Notes: generated by a model from the sequence alone, not told the origin. A DNA stretch of 64,000 nucleotides from Spirochaetota bacterium (GCA_963664815.2 CAXXHB010000003.1:640001-704000), one strand, 5' to 3'; shown: positions 1 to 11,175, counted from the stretch's first letter. Translations and numbers: made by a program.

Positions 1-293
1 TTTATAAAAATTCTTTCGAAGTTTCCAAAGCCGCTGAAGGTTACTCCTGTTATAAAATATGGCGCATCCTCAACTTTTATCGGATATGTATAATCACCGT
101 AATGAAGAACATATTCACCATCTGCAGTGATATCTACAGATTTGCTGAAAAAGGATATTATTTTTTCATTGATGAATTTTTCACCGTTATGATACCATGT
201 GCCTTCCTTATCAATAAATATTTCGTCAATACCTTCTCCGGAGGAGATGAGCTCTTTAATATAATCCGGAATCCCGGGTGATTGAATTTCCAT
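1..293 (-). CDS. DUF1285-like protein (partial, runs off window start)
   Basis: Not in ORF track. ATG at 293 with AGGAG RBS, open to position 1: MEIQSPGIPDYIK...IFIDKEGTWYHNGEKF...YPIKVEDAPYFIT. The W-Y-H-x-G and VEDAP motifs resemble DUF1285. Confidence 0.7.
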   Translation of the reverse strand, partial: MEIQSPGIPDYIKELISSGEGIDEIFIDKEGTWYHNGEKFINEKIISFFSKSVDITADGEYVLHYGDYTYPIKVEDAPYFITGVTFSGFGNFERIFI

Positions 294-301
294 GGTAACT
301 C

Positions 302-1456
302 CTAAATTCTGATAAATGGATCTGTTAATTTTCTGTATTCTTCAAGCGCAAAACGATCAGTCATTCCAGCAATAAAATCAGTCACCGTTCTTATTATTCC
401 CTGATGATCAATATCCTCACTGTATCTGTCAGGGAGAGTGTCAGGGTGTTCGGTATAGATATGAAAAAGCTCGTTAATTACTCTTTGTGATTTCAGCGAC
501 ATCCTGGTTACCTGGTAATGTTGATACATGTTTTTTTTAAGAAATCTTTTCAGTTCATCATTAGCTTCCCCGATATCTGATGAGAATCCTGCAAGTTTGA
601 CCGGAGATTGTTTTATATCATCATATGTGACAATTCTATTATTTTCAATATTTATTATGATGGAATTAATCAAATCTGTTACAAGAAGATTTATTATTGT
701 CCGTATAATTTCTCTAGAGGCGGATTTTTTTGATGATGGGATAGTCCTGCCGTACATTTTTACAGCAAGTTCCCATATTTCAAGTTTTATAACATCATCA
801 TATTTGAGAAGTCCGGAAGTGATACCATCGTCAAGATCATGATTATTGTATGCTATTTCATCGGCGAGATCAATGATCTGCGCCTCAAGAGAAGGCTGTT
901 CTTCCGGTTTGAATTCGGAAGTTTCGGGTCGGTCGTATGGCCCGGAGTGCTTAATGATTCCTTCACGGGTTTCCCAGGTCAGATTAAGTCCGTTAAAATC
1001 GTTATATCGTTTTTCAAGAACTTCAACAACACGCAAGCTCTGTCTGTTGTGTTCAAATCCTCCATGTTCCTTAAGAAGTCTGTTAAGCTCTTTCTCTCCA
1101 ACGTGTCCAAAGGGAGTATGCCCCAGGTCATGGGCAAGAGCAATGCTTTCTGCGAGATCTTCATTAAGCCTGAGCGCTCTTGCTACAGCTCTCGCTATCT
1201 GTGCGACTTCGATGGTATGAGTGAGCCTTGTCCTGTAATGGTCCCCCTCATGGTTTATAAATACCTGTGTCTTGTATTCAAGTCTTCTGAATGCGCGTGA
1301 ATGGATAATCCTTTCCCTGTCACGCTGATATTCAGAACGGTAGGCGTGACTCGGTTCTGAATGTTTCCTTCCAAGGGTAAGAGATGAATGCGCGGCAAAT
1401 GGTGCGAGTGTTAATTCTTCAAGATTCTGTAGAAATGTTCTGTCTGCGTTTATCAT
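302..1456 (-). CDS. dgt: Deoxyguanosinetriphosphate triphosphohydrolase (dGTPase, HD family)
   Basis: RDRERIIHSRAFRRLEYKTQVF, RTRLTHTIEV, AHDLGHTPFGH and IAGMTDRFA motifs. Confidence 0.95.
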   Translation of the reverse strand: MINADRTFLQNLEELTLAPFAAHSSLTLGRKHSEPSHAYRSEYQRDRERIIHSRAFRRLEYKTQVFINHEGDHYRTRLTHTIEVAQIARAVARALRLNEDLAESIALAHDLGHTPFGHVGEKELNRLLKEHGGFEHNRQSLRVVEVLEKRYNDFNGLNLTWETREGIIKHSGPYDRPETSEFKPEEQPSLEAQIIDLADEIAYNNHDLDDGITSGLLKYDDVIKLEIWELAVKMYGRTIPSSKKSASREIIRTIINLLVTDLINSIIINIENNRIVTYDDIKQSPVKLAGFSSDIGEANDELKRFLKKNMYQHYQVTRMSLKSQRVINELFHIYTEHPDTLPDRYSEDIDHQGIIRTVTDFIAGMTDRFALEEYRKLTDPFIRI

Positions 1457-3501
1457 CTGTTTCTTTCAAGCTCGTTTTCATATGCCTGGACGGCAGTTTT
1501 CCTGTTAATGCGGATCTCTTCATTTGAAGGGTCTTCTTCTATACCACGAGTAAACGCCTCAACGGATTTTCTATACTCTTTAAGCTGGTAATAGCTCTTC
1601 CCCATATTATTATATGCCTCTGAGGACATTTTATTATCTCTTGAAGATTTAATCGACTGATAAAATGATTCGACTGCTTTGCTATGCATCTCTTTCCGTG
1701 CATAAATAACTCCAAGGGCGAGAAGCGCATCAGAATCATCCGGTTTGAGAAGAAGAGCCTTCTGTATCATTTTGATTGATTTATTAAGGCTCTCCTCGTC
1801 ATTACGTTCACCGGATGATACTATAGCAAGGTTTATAAGGGCTTTTCTTGAAAGTTCTGTTGCATCACCGGTTTCGATTACTTTTGAGTATGCTTTACCG
1901 GCATCGGCATAATCTTTATGTTTATGATAAATTGTTCCAAGTTTAAAAAGAGCTTCCTGGTTATCAGGCCACTTGTGTATTATCTCCTGATATTCCTTTT
2001 CTGCCTGATCATTGTAACCCTGTTCATAATAGTAATCTGCCATGGCTAGTCTGGCTTTGATATTGCCAGGATTGATCTGAATGGCCTTTCTCCATGAATT
2101 AATGGCCATTGCCTGTTTCTCGTAATGTTTGTATGCTATTCCAAGATTAAAATATGCGAGATCGTCATTATCTCTTATGGTAATGGCGGATTCGTAAGCT
2201 TTAACAGCGTCCTCATATTTCTGTGCATCGTCAAGAATATTACCTATGTTAAGATATGCTATACGTGCATTTTCAGTCGCAGGCTGAATCTGAGTAACTT
2301 TTCTGTAAGATTCATAAGCCTTTTCAAGATCGCCTTTGGAATAGTATATCTCCCCGATTCTGGAAAGAATTTTTACATTTCTGCTCTGTACTTCAAGAAC
2401 CTTGCTGTAGGTTCTCAAACTCCTGTCATAATCCTTCAGTGAAAAATATGATTCGCCAATACTTTCAAGAAGCAACATATCCCCCTGGCTTAATCTTTCT
2501 GACTCTTCCAGCTCTCTTAAGGCTTCCACATTTTTATTTTGCCTCAGATATGCCACGGCAAGGTTGTAACGTCCAACCGGATCCTGAGGCCTGAGGTGAG
2601 TTGCCTGAATAAGGTATTTTTCAGCAAGGTCAAACATGTTGCTTTCAAGAAACTCGGTACCGAGCCGTGAGTATGAATTATATGCAACGTCGCCTATTTT
2701 ATCAGATTCGGCTGCTTTCTTAAGAAATTCCAATGCCGGGAATCTGTCTCCTTTTTTAAAGAGCGCGAGAGCCATGTTGTAAAGCAGGGTGGGATTATTA
2801 CTGTCTATTTTCAGGGCTTTTTCATAATACCTGATTGCTTCCTCCCAGTTGGAAAGCTCGTAGTTAATGTTCCCGAGAAGTATAAGGGGATTTACATCCC
2901 CTGGAAGCATCTCTGATGTTTTTTCTGCATATTTAATGGCATTATTAAAATCTCTTTTTTTCCGGTATGTCCTTGCCATGTTGAGATATATTTCGGGGTT
3001 ATATTCATCATAATTCTGTGCCCTTTGAAAGTAGCTTAAGGCATTGTCATATTCCCCTTTCCTGTCAGCTATGATGCCCAGGTAGATGAGAGCTATTGCT
3101 TTATCCTTGGGGAGGGCGGTGGATTCAACAACATCAGTGAATTCTGTGATAGCATTCGGAATATAACCGCTGTTATAGCTTGTTATTGCTTTTTTAAGCT
3201 GCGGATTTTCTGTTTGAAATGGAGTTATAAGCTCTTTCCCCTGCATGACTTCGCTACCCGGTTTTGGGGAATTATTCACAGGTAACTTTTCGGATCTGTT
3301 ATAGAAGAAACTGAAAATAAGAAATATTGAGATTATTAAAACCGAAGCCAGGGCTAATATCAGGAGTATAAACTTCTGCCTGGGAGACATCAATCCTTTA
3401 GCGTCTGTTTCTTCCTTGACAGTCTCAATTTCATTGATTCTGTTCTTTTCGATCTGATTATCGATTTCGGAATTTTCCGAACGGTTTCTTCCAATCTTCA
3501 C
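1453..3501 (-). CDS. Membrane-anchored tetratricopeptide repeat protein
   Basis: One N-terminal hydrophobic helix followed by many TPR units (e.g. LGNINYELSNWEEAIRYYEKALKIDSNN). 4-nt overlap with dgt. Confidence 0.9.
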   Translation of the reverse strand: MKIGRNRSENSEIDNQIEKNRINEIETVKEETDAKGLMSPRQKFILLILALASVLIISIFLIFSFFYNRSEKLPVNNSPKPGSEVMQGKELITPFQTENPQLKKAITSYNSGYIPNAITEFTDVVESTALPKDKAIALIYLGIIADRKGEYDNALSYFQRAQNYDEYNPEIYLNMARTYRKKRDFNNAIKYAEKTSEMLPGDVNPLILLGNINYELSNWEEAIRYYEKALKIDSNNPTLLYNMALALFKKGDRFPALEFLKKAAESDKIGDVAYNSYSRLGTEFLESNMFDLAEKYLIQATHLRPQDPVGRYNLAVAYLRQNKNVEALRELEESERLSQGDMLLLESIGESYFSLKDYDRSLRTYSKVLEVQSRNVKILSRIGEIYYSKGDLEKAYESYRKVTQIQPATENARIAYLNIGNILDDAQKYEDAVKAYESAITIRDNDDLAYFNLGIAYKHYEKQAMAINSWRKAIQINPGNIKARLAMADYYYEQGYNDQAEKEYQEIIHKWPDNQEALFKLGTIYHKHKDYADAGKAYSKVIETGDATELSRKALINLAIVSSGERNDEESLNKSIKMIQKALLLKPDDSDALLALGVIYARKEMHSKAVESFYQSIKSSRDNKMSSEAYNNMGKSYYQLKEYRKSVEAFTRGIEEDPSNEEIRINRKTAVQAYENELERNR

Positions 3502-3509
3502 AAGGTTTA

Positions 3510-3923
3510 TTACTCCTCTCTGAGTTCATGTTTCTTAATTGCATCAAGAATCCCGTTTATAAACTGGCCGGAGTTTTCTCCTCCGAATGTTTTCCCCAGA
3601 TCAATACATTCATTAATTGTAACTATTGCAGGGATATCCTTTACATAAATCATTTCATATATTGCAAGCCTCAGAATTGATTTGTCAATAATGGATATAC
3701 GCTCGAATTTCCAGTTTTTAGAATAATCAGTAATAATTGAATCAAGTTTTTCAATCTCCGATATAACTCCCTGTATAAGCTCGGTGGCAAACTTCTCTTC
3801 GTCGTCGGATATTTCGCCATCGAGCCATTCAAACTCGATGATGTTTTCAATTGCCGATTTCGAGACTTCATACATATAAAGCCCCTGAAGAGCATGTTCT
3901 CTTGCTTTATGTCTCTGTCCCAT
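3510..3923 (-). CDS. nusB: Transcription antitermination factor NusB
   Basis: RHKAREHALQGLY, IDKSILRLAIYEM, FINGILD; directly after ribH. Confidence 0.97.
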   Translation of the reverse strand: MGQRHKAREHALQGLYMYEVSKSAIENIIEFEWLDGEISDDEEKFATELIQGVISEIEKLDSIITDYSKNWKFERISIIDKSILRLAIYEMIYVKDIPAIVTINECIDLGKTFGGENSGQFINGILDAIKKHELREE

Positions 3924-4387
3924 CAGTTGATCTGTTTAAAAAGATTTGTCATCTCAATGGCAGACATGGCGGCATCAAAACCTTTATTTCCCGATTTAGT
4001 ACCTGCTCTTTCCACGGCCTGTTCGATAGAATCGGTTGTGAGTACTCCGAATATAACTGGAATTTCAGCTTTGAGGCTAAGCTGTCCGACACCTTTTGAA
4101 ACCTCTGAGGAAACATAATCAAAGTGAGGTGTGGCTCCTCGTATTACAGCACCAAGGCATATGACCGCGTCATATTTGTTAGACTGTACCATTCTTGTTG
4201 CGGCGGCAGGAATTTCAAATGCTCCCGGGACCCACATGACTGTGATATTGTCCTCTTCGGCATTATTTCTTCTAAGGCAGTCAACTGCTCCGCCGAGAAG
4301 TTTGCTTGTGATAAATTCATTAAAACGGGATACTATTATGGCAAATTTAAGGCCCGTTGCGTCCAGTTTTCCTTCGATAGTTTTCAT
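3923..4387 (-). CDS. ribH: 6,7-dimethyl-8-ribityllumazine synthase
   Basis: [41 protein letters not shown]. Start moved to ATG 4387 (MKTIEG). Confidence 0.97.
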   Translation of the reverse strand: MKTIEGKLDATGLKFAIIVSRFNEFITSKLLGGAVDCLRRNNAEEDNITVMWVPGAFEIPAAATRMVQSNKYDAVICLGAVIRGATPHFDYVSSEVSKGVGQLSLKAEIPVIFGVLTTDSIEQAVERAGTKSGNKGFDAAMSAIEMTNLFKQIN

Positions 4388-4717
4388 ATAAATAATCCTT
4401 GTTGTTATTTCTTTTCTGATATTAAAATAATATGTTCTTGCGGGAGTCACGGATCATGTTTCGAATAAAAAACTTTTATACCCGGAATACCCTGGTAACT
4501 TTTTAAGGGGAAGCTGCTTAAAAAGTTGATACGAAATTGCAATTCTCAGCACATATTTATTACATGAAATATTATTATAAGCTGATATAAATATAAATAG
4601 AAGAAGAATTAAAATCATTACAGTCAAGCTTTTTTTAAGGCGTGGGAAATTCCGCCACATCATTGAAGGGGATCAATTTTATATTGCACCCTCCGTTGAT
4701 GAAGTAGATTAATTATT

Positions 4718-5491
4718 TTACTTGCCGCCAGACATGGATTTCTGAACCATATCAAAGATTCCTTTTAATTGAGGACTTGTAATCGTAGCGGCAAGACCAT
4801 CCTGCCAGTTTTCATTATCAAGTCTGTATCTTATTTGCGATGCTATGGGGTATCTGAGGCAGTACTTGATATTGGTGAATGCATGACCCGGCTGGTCCCA
4901 CCAGTAACAGATTCTTTTTTTGGCAGTTTCAAGTAACTCAGTTTCAGGAACTATCTGATCTATAAAACCGAGCTCCTTACCTTTTTCAAAGCTGTGCCTT
5001 TCTCCGTCAAACATAATATCACGTACAAGCTTGTCGTTATTAAGACCTGATCTGACCAGTTCCATCTCTGCTATAGTCAGAGAGAGACCTATTTTAGTCT
5101 CCGTCATCCCCATTTTAGCCTTGGGGTTATCGGCTGCGATTCTGTAATCACAACCCATTGCAACAATAAACCCCCCAGCTGTACAGTGACCATTAATAGC
5201 TGCAATAACCGGTTTTCTGCATGTATAAATTTCATAAAGCATCTCTTCTTCGACATTAAAAAAACCGAGAACATCCTCTCGTGTTTTAAAACCCATAAAT
5301 GTCGGGAGGTCAAAGCCTGAACAGAAAAATTTACCTTCACCGGTAAAAATGAGGCCTTTAAGGTTATCGTCATCATTGACTTTTTTAACTGCATCTCTTA
5401 TAATCTTAAGGCTTTCAAATGTCATTGCGTAAGTCGGCGGATTTCCGAATCTGGCAATCATGATGTTGTCTTCGATTATTTGTTTTACCAT
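4718..5491 (-). CDS. Enoyl-CoA hydratase/isomerase (crotonase) family protein
   Basis: FCSGFDL, PVIAAINGHCTAGG, CDYRIA and GMTETKIGL motifs; GGAG RBS. Confidence 0.9.
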   Translation of the reverse strand: MVKQIIEDNIMIARFGNPPTYAMTFESLKIIRDAVKKVNDDDNLKGLIFTGEGKFFCSGFDLPTFMGFKTREDVLGFFNVEEEMLYEIYTCRKPVIAAINGHCTAGGFIVAMGCDYRIAADNPKAKMGMTETKIGLSLTIAEMELVRSGLNNDKLVRDIMFDGERHSFEKGKELGFIDQIVPETELLETAKKRICYWWDQPGHAFTNIKYCLRYPIASQIRYRLDNENWQDGLAATITSPQLKGIFDMVQKSMSGGK

Positions 5492-5889
5492 GATATTCTC
5501 CTTTTTTATCTCTGGAATGGTTTTATTTATTAATAATTGCTGTTTAACATAAGGCAGAATTTCTATTTCAATTATATTTTTATTACATCTCCATAAATAC
5601 CGGTTATTACTTTTAAAAAGAATATCATTAATTTATACAACAAAAAAACGGATTCAGGTATGTTTTCTGTTGATTATAAAACTATTCTTTGGAGTTGCTT
5701 TGTATATTGTTTTTCTAATAAGATGTTTTTCTCTGCAGCACAGTCGTCATAAAAGTGGTTATTTCAATAAACAGTCAGAGAATTAATATATCTGGAGTTA
5801 AAAAATAATTGCCTGCAATCAGACATTTTTATTTATTAAAGCAATCAGAAATATTATGAAATTTACATGAAGTAAAAAATGGAGTGCAG

Positions 5890-6087
5890 ATGAATCAGGA
5901 AGAGAGACTTATTGAGCTTGAATCAAAGATCACTTATCTTGAAAACTATATTAGCGACATTAACTCTGTTGTAATTGAGCAGGAAAAGATTATAAAAAAA
6001 ATTATTGTTGTAACTGAAGAATTGAAAAAACAGATCATGACAAATAAAGATGGTCTTCCGGAAGTAGAGAAACCTCCACATTACTAA
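5890..6087 (+). CDS. slyX: SlyX family protein
   Basis: RLIELESKITYLE...EKPPHY signature; GGAG RBS at 5881. Confidence 0.9.
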   Translation: MNQEERLIELESKITYLENYISDINSVVIEQEKIIKKIIVVTEELKKQIMTNKDGLPEVEKPPHY

Positions 6088-6088
6088 A

Positions 6089-9000
6089 GTGAATGATATT
6101 TTTAATAAGGAGACATTTGTTCTAAAAGTCTGGTATTCTATGAATAAAAATAGAGAAGATGGTTTTTACAGGGTAAAGAAATGTAATCTATTCATGATAG
6201 TTATGTTGGCAGTAGTGATATTTTTTCCGCTTTATTCATTCGCAGCCAGGGGGAAAAACTACGGAGTGAATAATGAAAGAGGTGTACTGGATCTGAGTTC
6301 AAAAGATTTAAACATTGCAGGGCCAGTGTCACTTGATACCTTGTGGGATTTCAGATGGAACAGATTACTTAAACCGGGTGATTTTGAATGGAATGAAGCT
6401 GTCGGTATTCATGGATATTATCCGGTACCACTATTCTGGACGGGATATGAAGACCTTAATCTCCCCTCTAAGGGCTATGCCACTTACAGGCTTATAATTA
6501 AAGTTCCGGTAGAATCAGCAACTTACGGCTTAAGAACACCGGAAATATTTACTGAATACAGGCTCTGGATAAACGGGAAACTTATGGATCAGCATGGTAC
6601 ACTGGCCGGGGAAAAGATAAGATTCCTTAACCCCGGCGTTTTTATTTTCAATATCAATTCAGGAGAGATAGAAATTATTCTCCAGGTTAAAAACATCTCT
6701 CATGGGAATGCCGGGATTGGTCAGAGTTTTATACTAGGGAAAGAGTACCAGATTATTCGGTCATATATTCTGAGTATTTCAATGGAAATTATTCTTATTG
6801 CTATCTGTATTTTCGCTGGATTTTATCATACAATAATTTTTATTTTCAGAAAGGAGGAGAAAGAACTTTTATATTTCGGGTTATTCTGTATCATTATATC
6901 CGTAAGAACATTAAGTACCGGAAATACACTTCTAACACAGATGTTCCCGGATCTTGCATTTAATATTGGATCAAGGATTGCTACTGCAGTGATACCTCTT
7001 TCGGTTATAACATTTCAATCTTTTGTGTATTATTTTTTTAAGGATATTTTTAACCGGTGGGTATTTCTGATATTGACAGTGATACATGGTTTTTATCTTG
7101 TTCTTTTATTTGCGGCATCAACCTTTTTTTATTCAACTGTTTTTACTTATTATCTTGGTGAGATAGCTGTCAGTGCATTCTATATAATTGGAATAGGCTT
7201 TTATGCTATTATTAAAAGAAAACAGTATTCAGTTATTTTTATGTCAGGTTTTATTTTTATCCTGATCGGGGCGGCAAATGATATGCTGCATTATATGCAG
7301 GTTATTAACACGGGATATTACCTCGCACTGTTTTTTTCAGCATTTATCATAATTGAATCGGTGATGCTGGCCATCAGGTTTTCCATGGAACACCGTGCAG
7401 TATCGGAACTTTCGGAAAAGCTCAAGGTGATGGATAGACTTAAAGATGAATTTCTGGCAAATACTTCTCATGAGCTCCGGACGCCACTTAATGGTATAAT
7501 AGGAGTGGCCGAATCTCTGATAGATGGAGTGACAGGTCCACTTCCGTATAAAACAAAACAGAACCTGAAACTAATAGTGTCAAGCGGCAGAAGATTATTC
7601 AATCTTATCAACGATATACTTGATTTCTCCAAGCTCAGGCATAACGATATCGATATACAACGACAGGAAATCGATCTGAAGCAACTGGTCTCCGTGGTGA
7701 TGACCGTAATAAAAGCAACCATGCCGGGGAAGGATGTTGAACTTATAAATGATATCTCTGAAGATACACCTCAGGTTATTGGTGATGAAAACAGACTTCA
7801 GCAGATTATGTTCAATCTCATCGGAAACGGGGTAAAATTTACCAGCAGCGGGTATGTTAAAGTCTCATGTCTGGTTAAGGGAAGTTACGTGGAAGTAAGA
7901 GTTGAAGATAGTGGCATAGGTATTGCAAAAGGGCGACTGGACGCTATATTTCGGTCATTTGAACAGGCTGACGGGTCTATATCGAGGGAATACTCCGGCA
8001 CTGGTCTTGGACTTTCCATTACTAAAAAACTTGTTCAGCTTCATGGTGGAGAGATACATGTTGAATCAGAACCGGGGAAAGGTTCCTGTTTTATTTTTAC
8101 TTTGCAGGGAGTGATTATGAGGGGTTTAAATAGTAGTGGTAAAGAGCTGAGTTCTGCAAATCCGGTTTTTTTTAAAGGCGAGGTAAAAACTCCGGAGATT
8201 ATTCAGGAAACCGTGAATGACGGAGTAAAGGGGAATATTCTTATTGTGGATGATGAATTGATAAATGTACAGGTTTTGATTAACCATCTTTTCATAAGAA
8301 ATATAAAAGCTGAATATGCGTTAAGCGGAGTTGAGGCAATAAAAAAAATTGAAAACGGATCATATGACCTTGTATTGCTTGATCTTATGATGCCCAGGAT
8401 GTCGGGTTATGATGTATGCAGAAAACTAAGAGAGAAATATTCAAACTATGAACTCCCGGTTATAATTCTAACCGCCAAAAACCGGTCGGCTGATATAGTA
8501 GCGGCTTTTGAGGCAGGAGCCAATGATTATATAGTAAAGCCGATAGACAGAATAGAGCTTTATGCACGGATAGATACTCAGCTTTCCCTGAAACGTGCGG
8601 TGAATGAGGCAATGGTAAATGCCGATCTTGCAAACACCGATCATCTTACAGGGATGCATAATCGCAGATTTTTTATGAATGCCGGGGAACGTGAATTTCT
8701 GTCTGCAAAGCGATATGGCGCGGGATTGTCACTGATAATGCTGGATATCGACTATTTTAAAAGGATAAATGATACGCATGGTCATGATGCTGGGGATATA
8801 ATTATCCAACGACTTGCTTCCATTATAAATGAAAATATTCGTGGACTCGATATATCTGTGAGGTTCGGCGGAGACGAGTTTCTGATTATTCTTCCAGGTA
8901 CGGCTTCCAGTGGCGCGATGATTGTGGCTGAGAAGATAAGGAAGCTCTCTGAAGAATCAGTTGTAAACACGGGGAGATTGTTCGGCTTGAAGTTTACTAT

Positions 9001-9127
9001 AAGTCTTGGTGTATCTTCATTGAAAGATGGTACTTGTTCTATAGAGGAACTTATAAAAGAGGCTGATGATATGCTGTATATATCAAAAAAAGACGGAAGA
9101 AACCGGGTTACAATTGATACTATTTAA
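6089..9127 (+). CDS. 7TM-DISM sensor hybrid histidine kinase with receiver and GGDEF output domain
   Basis: Extracellular beta-rich domain, 7 TM, FLANTSHELRTPL, NLIGNGVKFT, GTGLGL, REC (LLDLMMP), RFGGDEF. True start may be downstream (6140 or later). Confidence 0.9.
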   Translation: MNDIFNKETFVLKVWYSMNKNREDGFYRVKKCNLFMIVMLAVVIFFPLYSFAARGKNYGVNNERGVLDLSSKDLNIAGPVSLDTLWDFRWNRLLKPGDFEWNEAVGIHGYYPVPLFWTGYEDLNLPSKGYATYRLIIKVPVESATYGLRTPEIFTEYRLWINGKLMDQHGTLAGEKIRFLNPGVFIFNINSGEIEIILQVKNISHGNAGIGQSFILGKEYQIIRSYILSISMEIILIAICIFAGFYHTIIFIFRKEEKELLYFGLFCIIISVRTLSTGNTLLTQMFPDLAFNIGSRIATAVIPLSVITFQSFVYYFFKDIFNRWVFLILTVIHGFYLVLLFAASTFFYSTVFTYYLGEIAVSAFYIIGIGFYAIIKRKQYSVIFMSGFIFILIGAANDMLHYMQVINTGYYLALFFSAFIIIESVMLAIRFSMEHRAVSELSEKLKVMDRLKDEFLANTSHELRTPLNGIIGVAESLIDGVTGPLPYKTKQNLKLIVSSGRRLFNLINDILDFSKLRHNDIDIQRQEIDLKQLVSVVMTVIKATMPGKDVELINDISEDTPQVIGDENRLQQIMFNLIGNGVKFTSSGYVKVSCLVKGSYVEVRVEDSGIGIAKGRLDAIFRSFEQADGSISREYSGTGLGLSITKKLVQLHGGEIHVESEPGKGSCFIFTLQGVIMRGLNSSGKELSSANPVFFKGEVKTPEIIQETVNDGVKGNILIVDDELINVQVLINHLFIRNIKAEYALSGVEAIKKIENGSYDLVLLDLMMPRMSGYDVCRKLREKYSNYELPVIILTAKNRSADIVAAFEAGANDYIVKPIDRIELYARIDTQLSLKRAVNEAMVNADLANTDHLTGMHNRRFFMNAGEREFLSAKRYGAGLSLIMLDIDYFKRINDTHGHDAGDIIIQRLASIINENIRGLDISVRFGGDEFLIILPGTASSGAMIVAEKIRKLSEESVVNTGRLFGLKFTISLGVSSLKDGTCSIEELIKEADDMLYISKKDGRNRVTIDTI

Positions 9128-9158
9128 ATTTTTATTTATTCAAATAATTGATAGATGG

Positions 9159-9187
9159 GGAACCTTTTATTATAAACCAGGGTCAAA
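9159..9187 (+). promoter_or_regulatory. Candidate ECF (sigmaE-type) promoter
   Basis: GGAACCT-N16-GTCAAA upstream of the small secreted protein, resembling the RpoE consensus GGAACTT-N16-GTCAAA. Confidence 0.5.
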
Positions 9188-9310
9188 TATATGTTTAATT
9201 ATTCAGAGGAACTACTCTCAAACGATAAAATTGTTTGTCCAATGAACAGAGACGGATATGGTAATTTTTCTGTTCATCACTTGATTATTAAAATATTATG
9301 GAGGTTTATA

Positions 9311-9601
9311 GTGAAAAGTTTTAAAATCCCTGCTGTAGCCGTATCGCTTGTTATGGTTACATCTTTAGTCGCATTAAATCTTATGGCGGAACAGAAAAAG
9401 CCAATGGGCCCGCCCCCGGAAATTCAGGCATGTAAAGACAAAAAAGTTGGTGATAGCTGCTCATTTAAGACGCGTGATGGTGCAACAAAAAATGATAGCT
9501 GTAAAAGTATTACAACTCCAAAGGGACAGGAATTAAGCTGTGGTGATATGCCGAAACCGCCAAAAGGTGGAGAAGCACCTAAAGATGGAGATAAAAAATA
9601 A
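9311..9601 (+). CDS. Small secreted Cys/Pro-rich protein
   Basis: GGAGG RBS then GTG 9311; signal peptide followed by GPPPEIQACKDKKVGDSCSF...C...C (4 Cys). Confidence 0.8.
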   Translation: MKSFKIPAVAVSLVMVTSLVALNLMAEQKKPMGPPPEIQACKDKKVGDSCSFKTRDGATKNDSCKSITTPKGQELSCGDMPKPPKGGEAPKDGDKK

Positions 9602-9921
9602 AAATGTATTGAGCCGGAATTAAGTTTATCCGGTCCGGAACATCTTAGTCGCCGGTTGTTGATGAGGATTTCCTCTGAATTAAACACTGCAGTTTTTTTA
9701 CTCAGAAATATGAGATAAAGTTGTTTGTTCTTCTTATCTGATCATGTTGGTAAAGGTTGTTGTTCCTGGCATGTAAATATCCTGATGTTAAAATTAAATC
9801 TTTAAACTCATCATCTTTTTTATATCATGAAAAAAATCTCCTTTTATAATATGGACTTCATTAAGCCTTGTTGCTATTATTATATGGCAGATATTGTCAG
9901 ATCAGAAATAAAAGAAATGTT

Positions 9922-11163
9922 ATGAAAAATCTATTTTATATATTCGCATACATAGTCTTCATCATTTTTTCCATGCCAGTTCATCCTTCAGAAACAGATG
10001 GAGACGATTACAACTGGCTGGTCAAACCGCAGTTTGAAAAAGCAGGAAATTATTCTGAAGGATTTGCCGCAGTAATGATGAACGGTAAATATGGTTATAT
10101 TAATATCAAAGGTGATATCTCAATAAAACTACAGTTTGATGAGGCTGAGGATTTTATAGATGAAAAAGCTTCTGTAGTCAAGGATGGGGTTTCCGGAGTT
10201 ATCGATAAGAAGGGTAAATATATCGTCTCTGCCGGGAGAAACAGCAAAATTTTATCCGAAAATGATTTGTATGTTATGAAAACTGATGGAAAGTTCGGAT
10301 ATGTTAAAAGAGATGGTTCTGTGGCTCTTAAACCAGTATATGATGATGCTCTGCCTTTCAGTGAAGGATTAGCAGCAGTGAGCATAAACAGAAAATATGG
10401 CTATATTAATTACAGTGGACGTTTGATTATTAAACCGCATTTTGAATATGCTTTTTCATTCCACGAAGGTCTTGCTGCAGTTAAGATTAATGGAAAATTT
10501 GGATATATAAAAACTAATGGTTTAATGGTAATAAATGCGTCGTATGAAAGTGCGGGTAACTTCCGCGAAGGGCTTGCCCGCATCAGTCTTGATGGGAGTT
10601 ATGGATATATCAATACTGATGGTGAAATTGTAATAGAACCGCAGTTTGGAGATGCATCAGATTTTTATCAGGGGATTGCTGCAGTGATGCTCGGAGGCAA
10701 ATGGGGCTATATACAGGAAAAACCTGTTAGAGAAGTTAACAAGTCAGAAAAAAAAATGGGGAGTATTTCTGAACGTGGAATTAAAAAACAGTCGGATAGT
10801 AAGATGGAGATTGGCAAGAGAAGAAGTGATGTGAATATGATAAAGAAAAGAAGTGGAACAGAAATAACAAAACAGTTGAAAAAAGAATTAAAAAAACGGG
10901 AGCCTGATATTTCTAATCAGTCAGTAAAAGGTCTGGTTTTTATAGGTCTGGTGAGCGAGGTTAATGAAGGACAGGTTGTAATAATAGATGAAGAAAATAA
11001 TGGAAAAATATATATGGGAGCCTGGTGTATTTCCGCTGTGAAAAATGATCTGGTATATATTGAAGCAGATAATCCTATATCAACTGTAGCGAAGTGTTAT
11101 GTTCCTGAAAGTATTTTGAAAAAAATAAAACCGGGAATGAAAGTGTATAAAAGAATCAAATAA
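9922..11163 (+). CDS. WG-repeat (KWG) secreted protein
   Basis: Signal peptide, then repeated FSEGLAAVxxNGKYGYI units; ATG 9922. Confidence 0.9.
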   Translation: MKNLFYIFAYIVFIIFSMPVHPSETDGDDYNWLVKPQFEKAGNYSEGFAAVMMNGKYGYINIKGDISIKLQFDEAEDFIDEKASVVKDGVSGVIDKKGKYIVSAGRNSKILSENDLYVMKTDGKFGYVKRDGSVALKPVYDDALPFSEGLAAVSINRKYGYINYSGRLIIKPHFEYAFSFHEGLAAVKINGKFGYIKTNGLMVINASYESAGNFREGLARISLDGSYGYINTDGEIVIEPQFGDASDFYQGIAAVMLGGKWGYIQEKPVREVNKSEKKMGSISERGIKKQSDSKMEIGKRRSDVNMIKKRSGTEITKQLKKELKKREPDISNQSVKGLVFIGLVSEVNEGQVVIIDEENNGKIYMGAWCISAVKNDLVYIEADNPISTVAKCYVPESILKKIKPGMKVYKRIK

Positions 11164-11175
11164 ATAAATTAGCTC

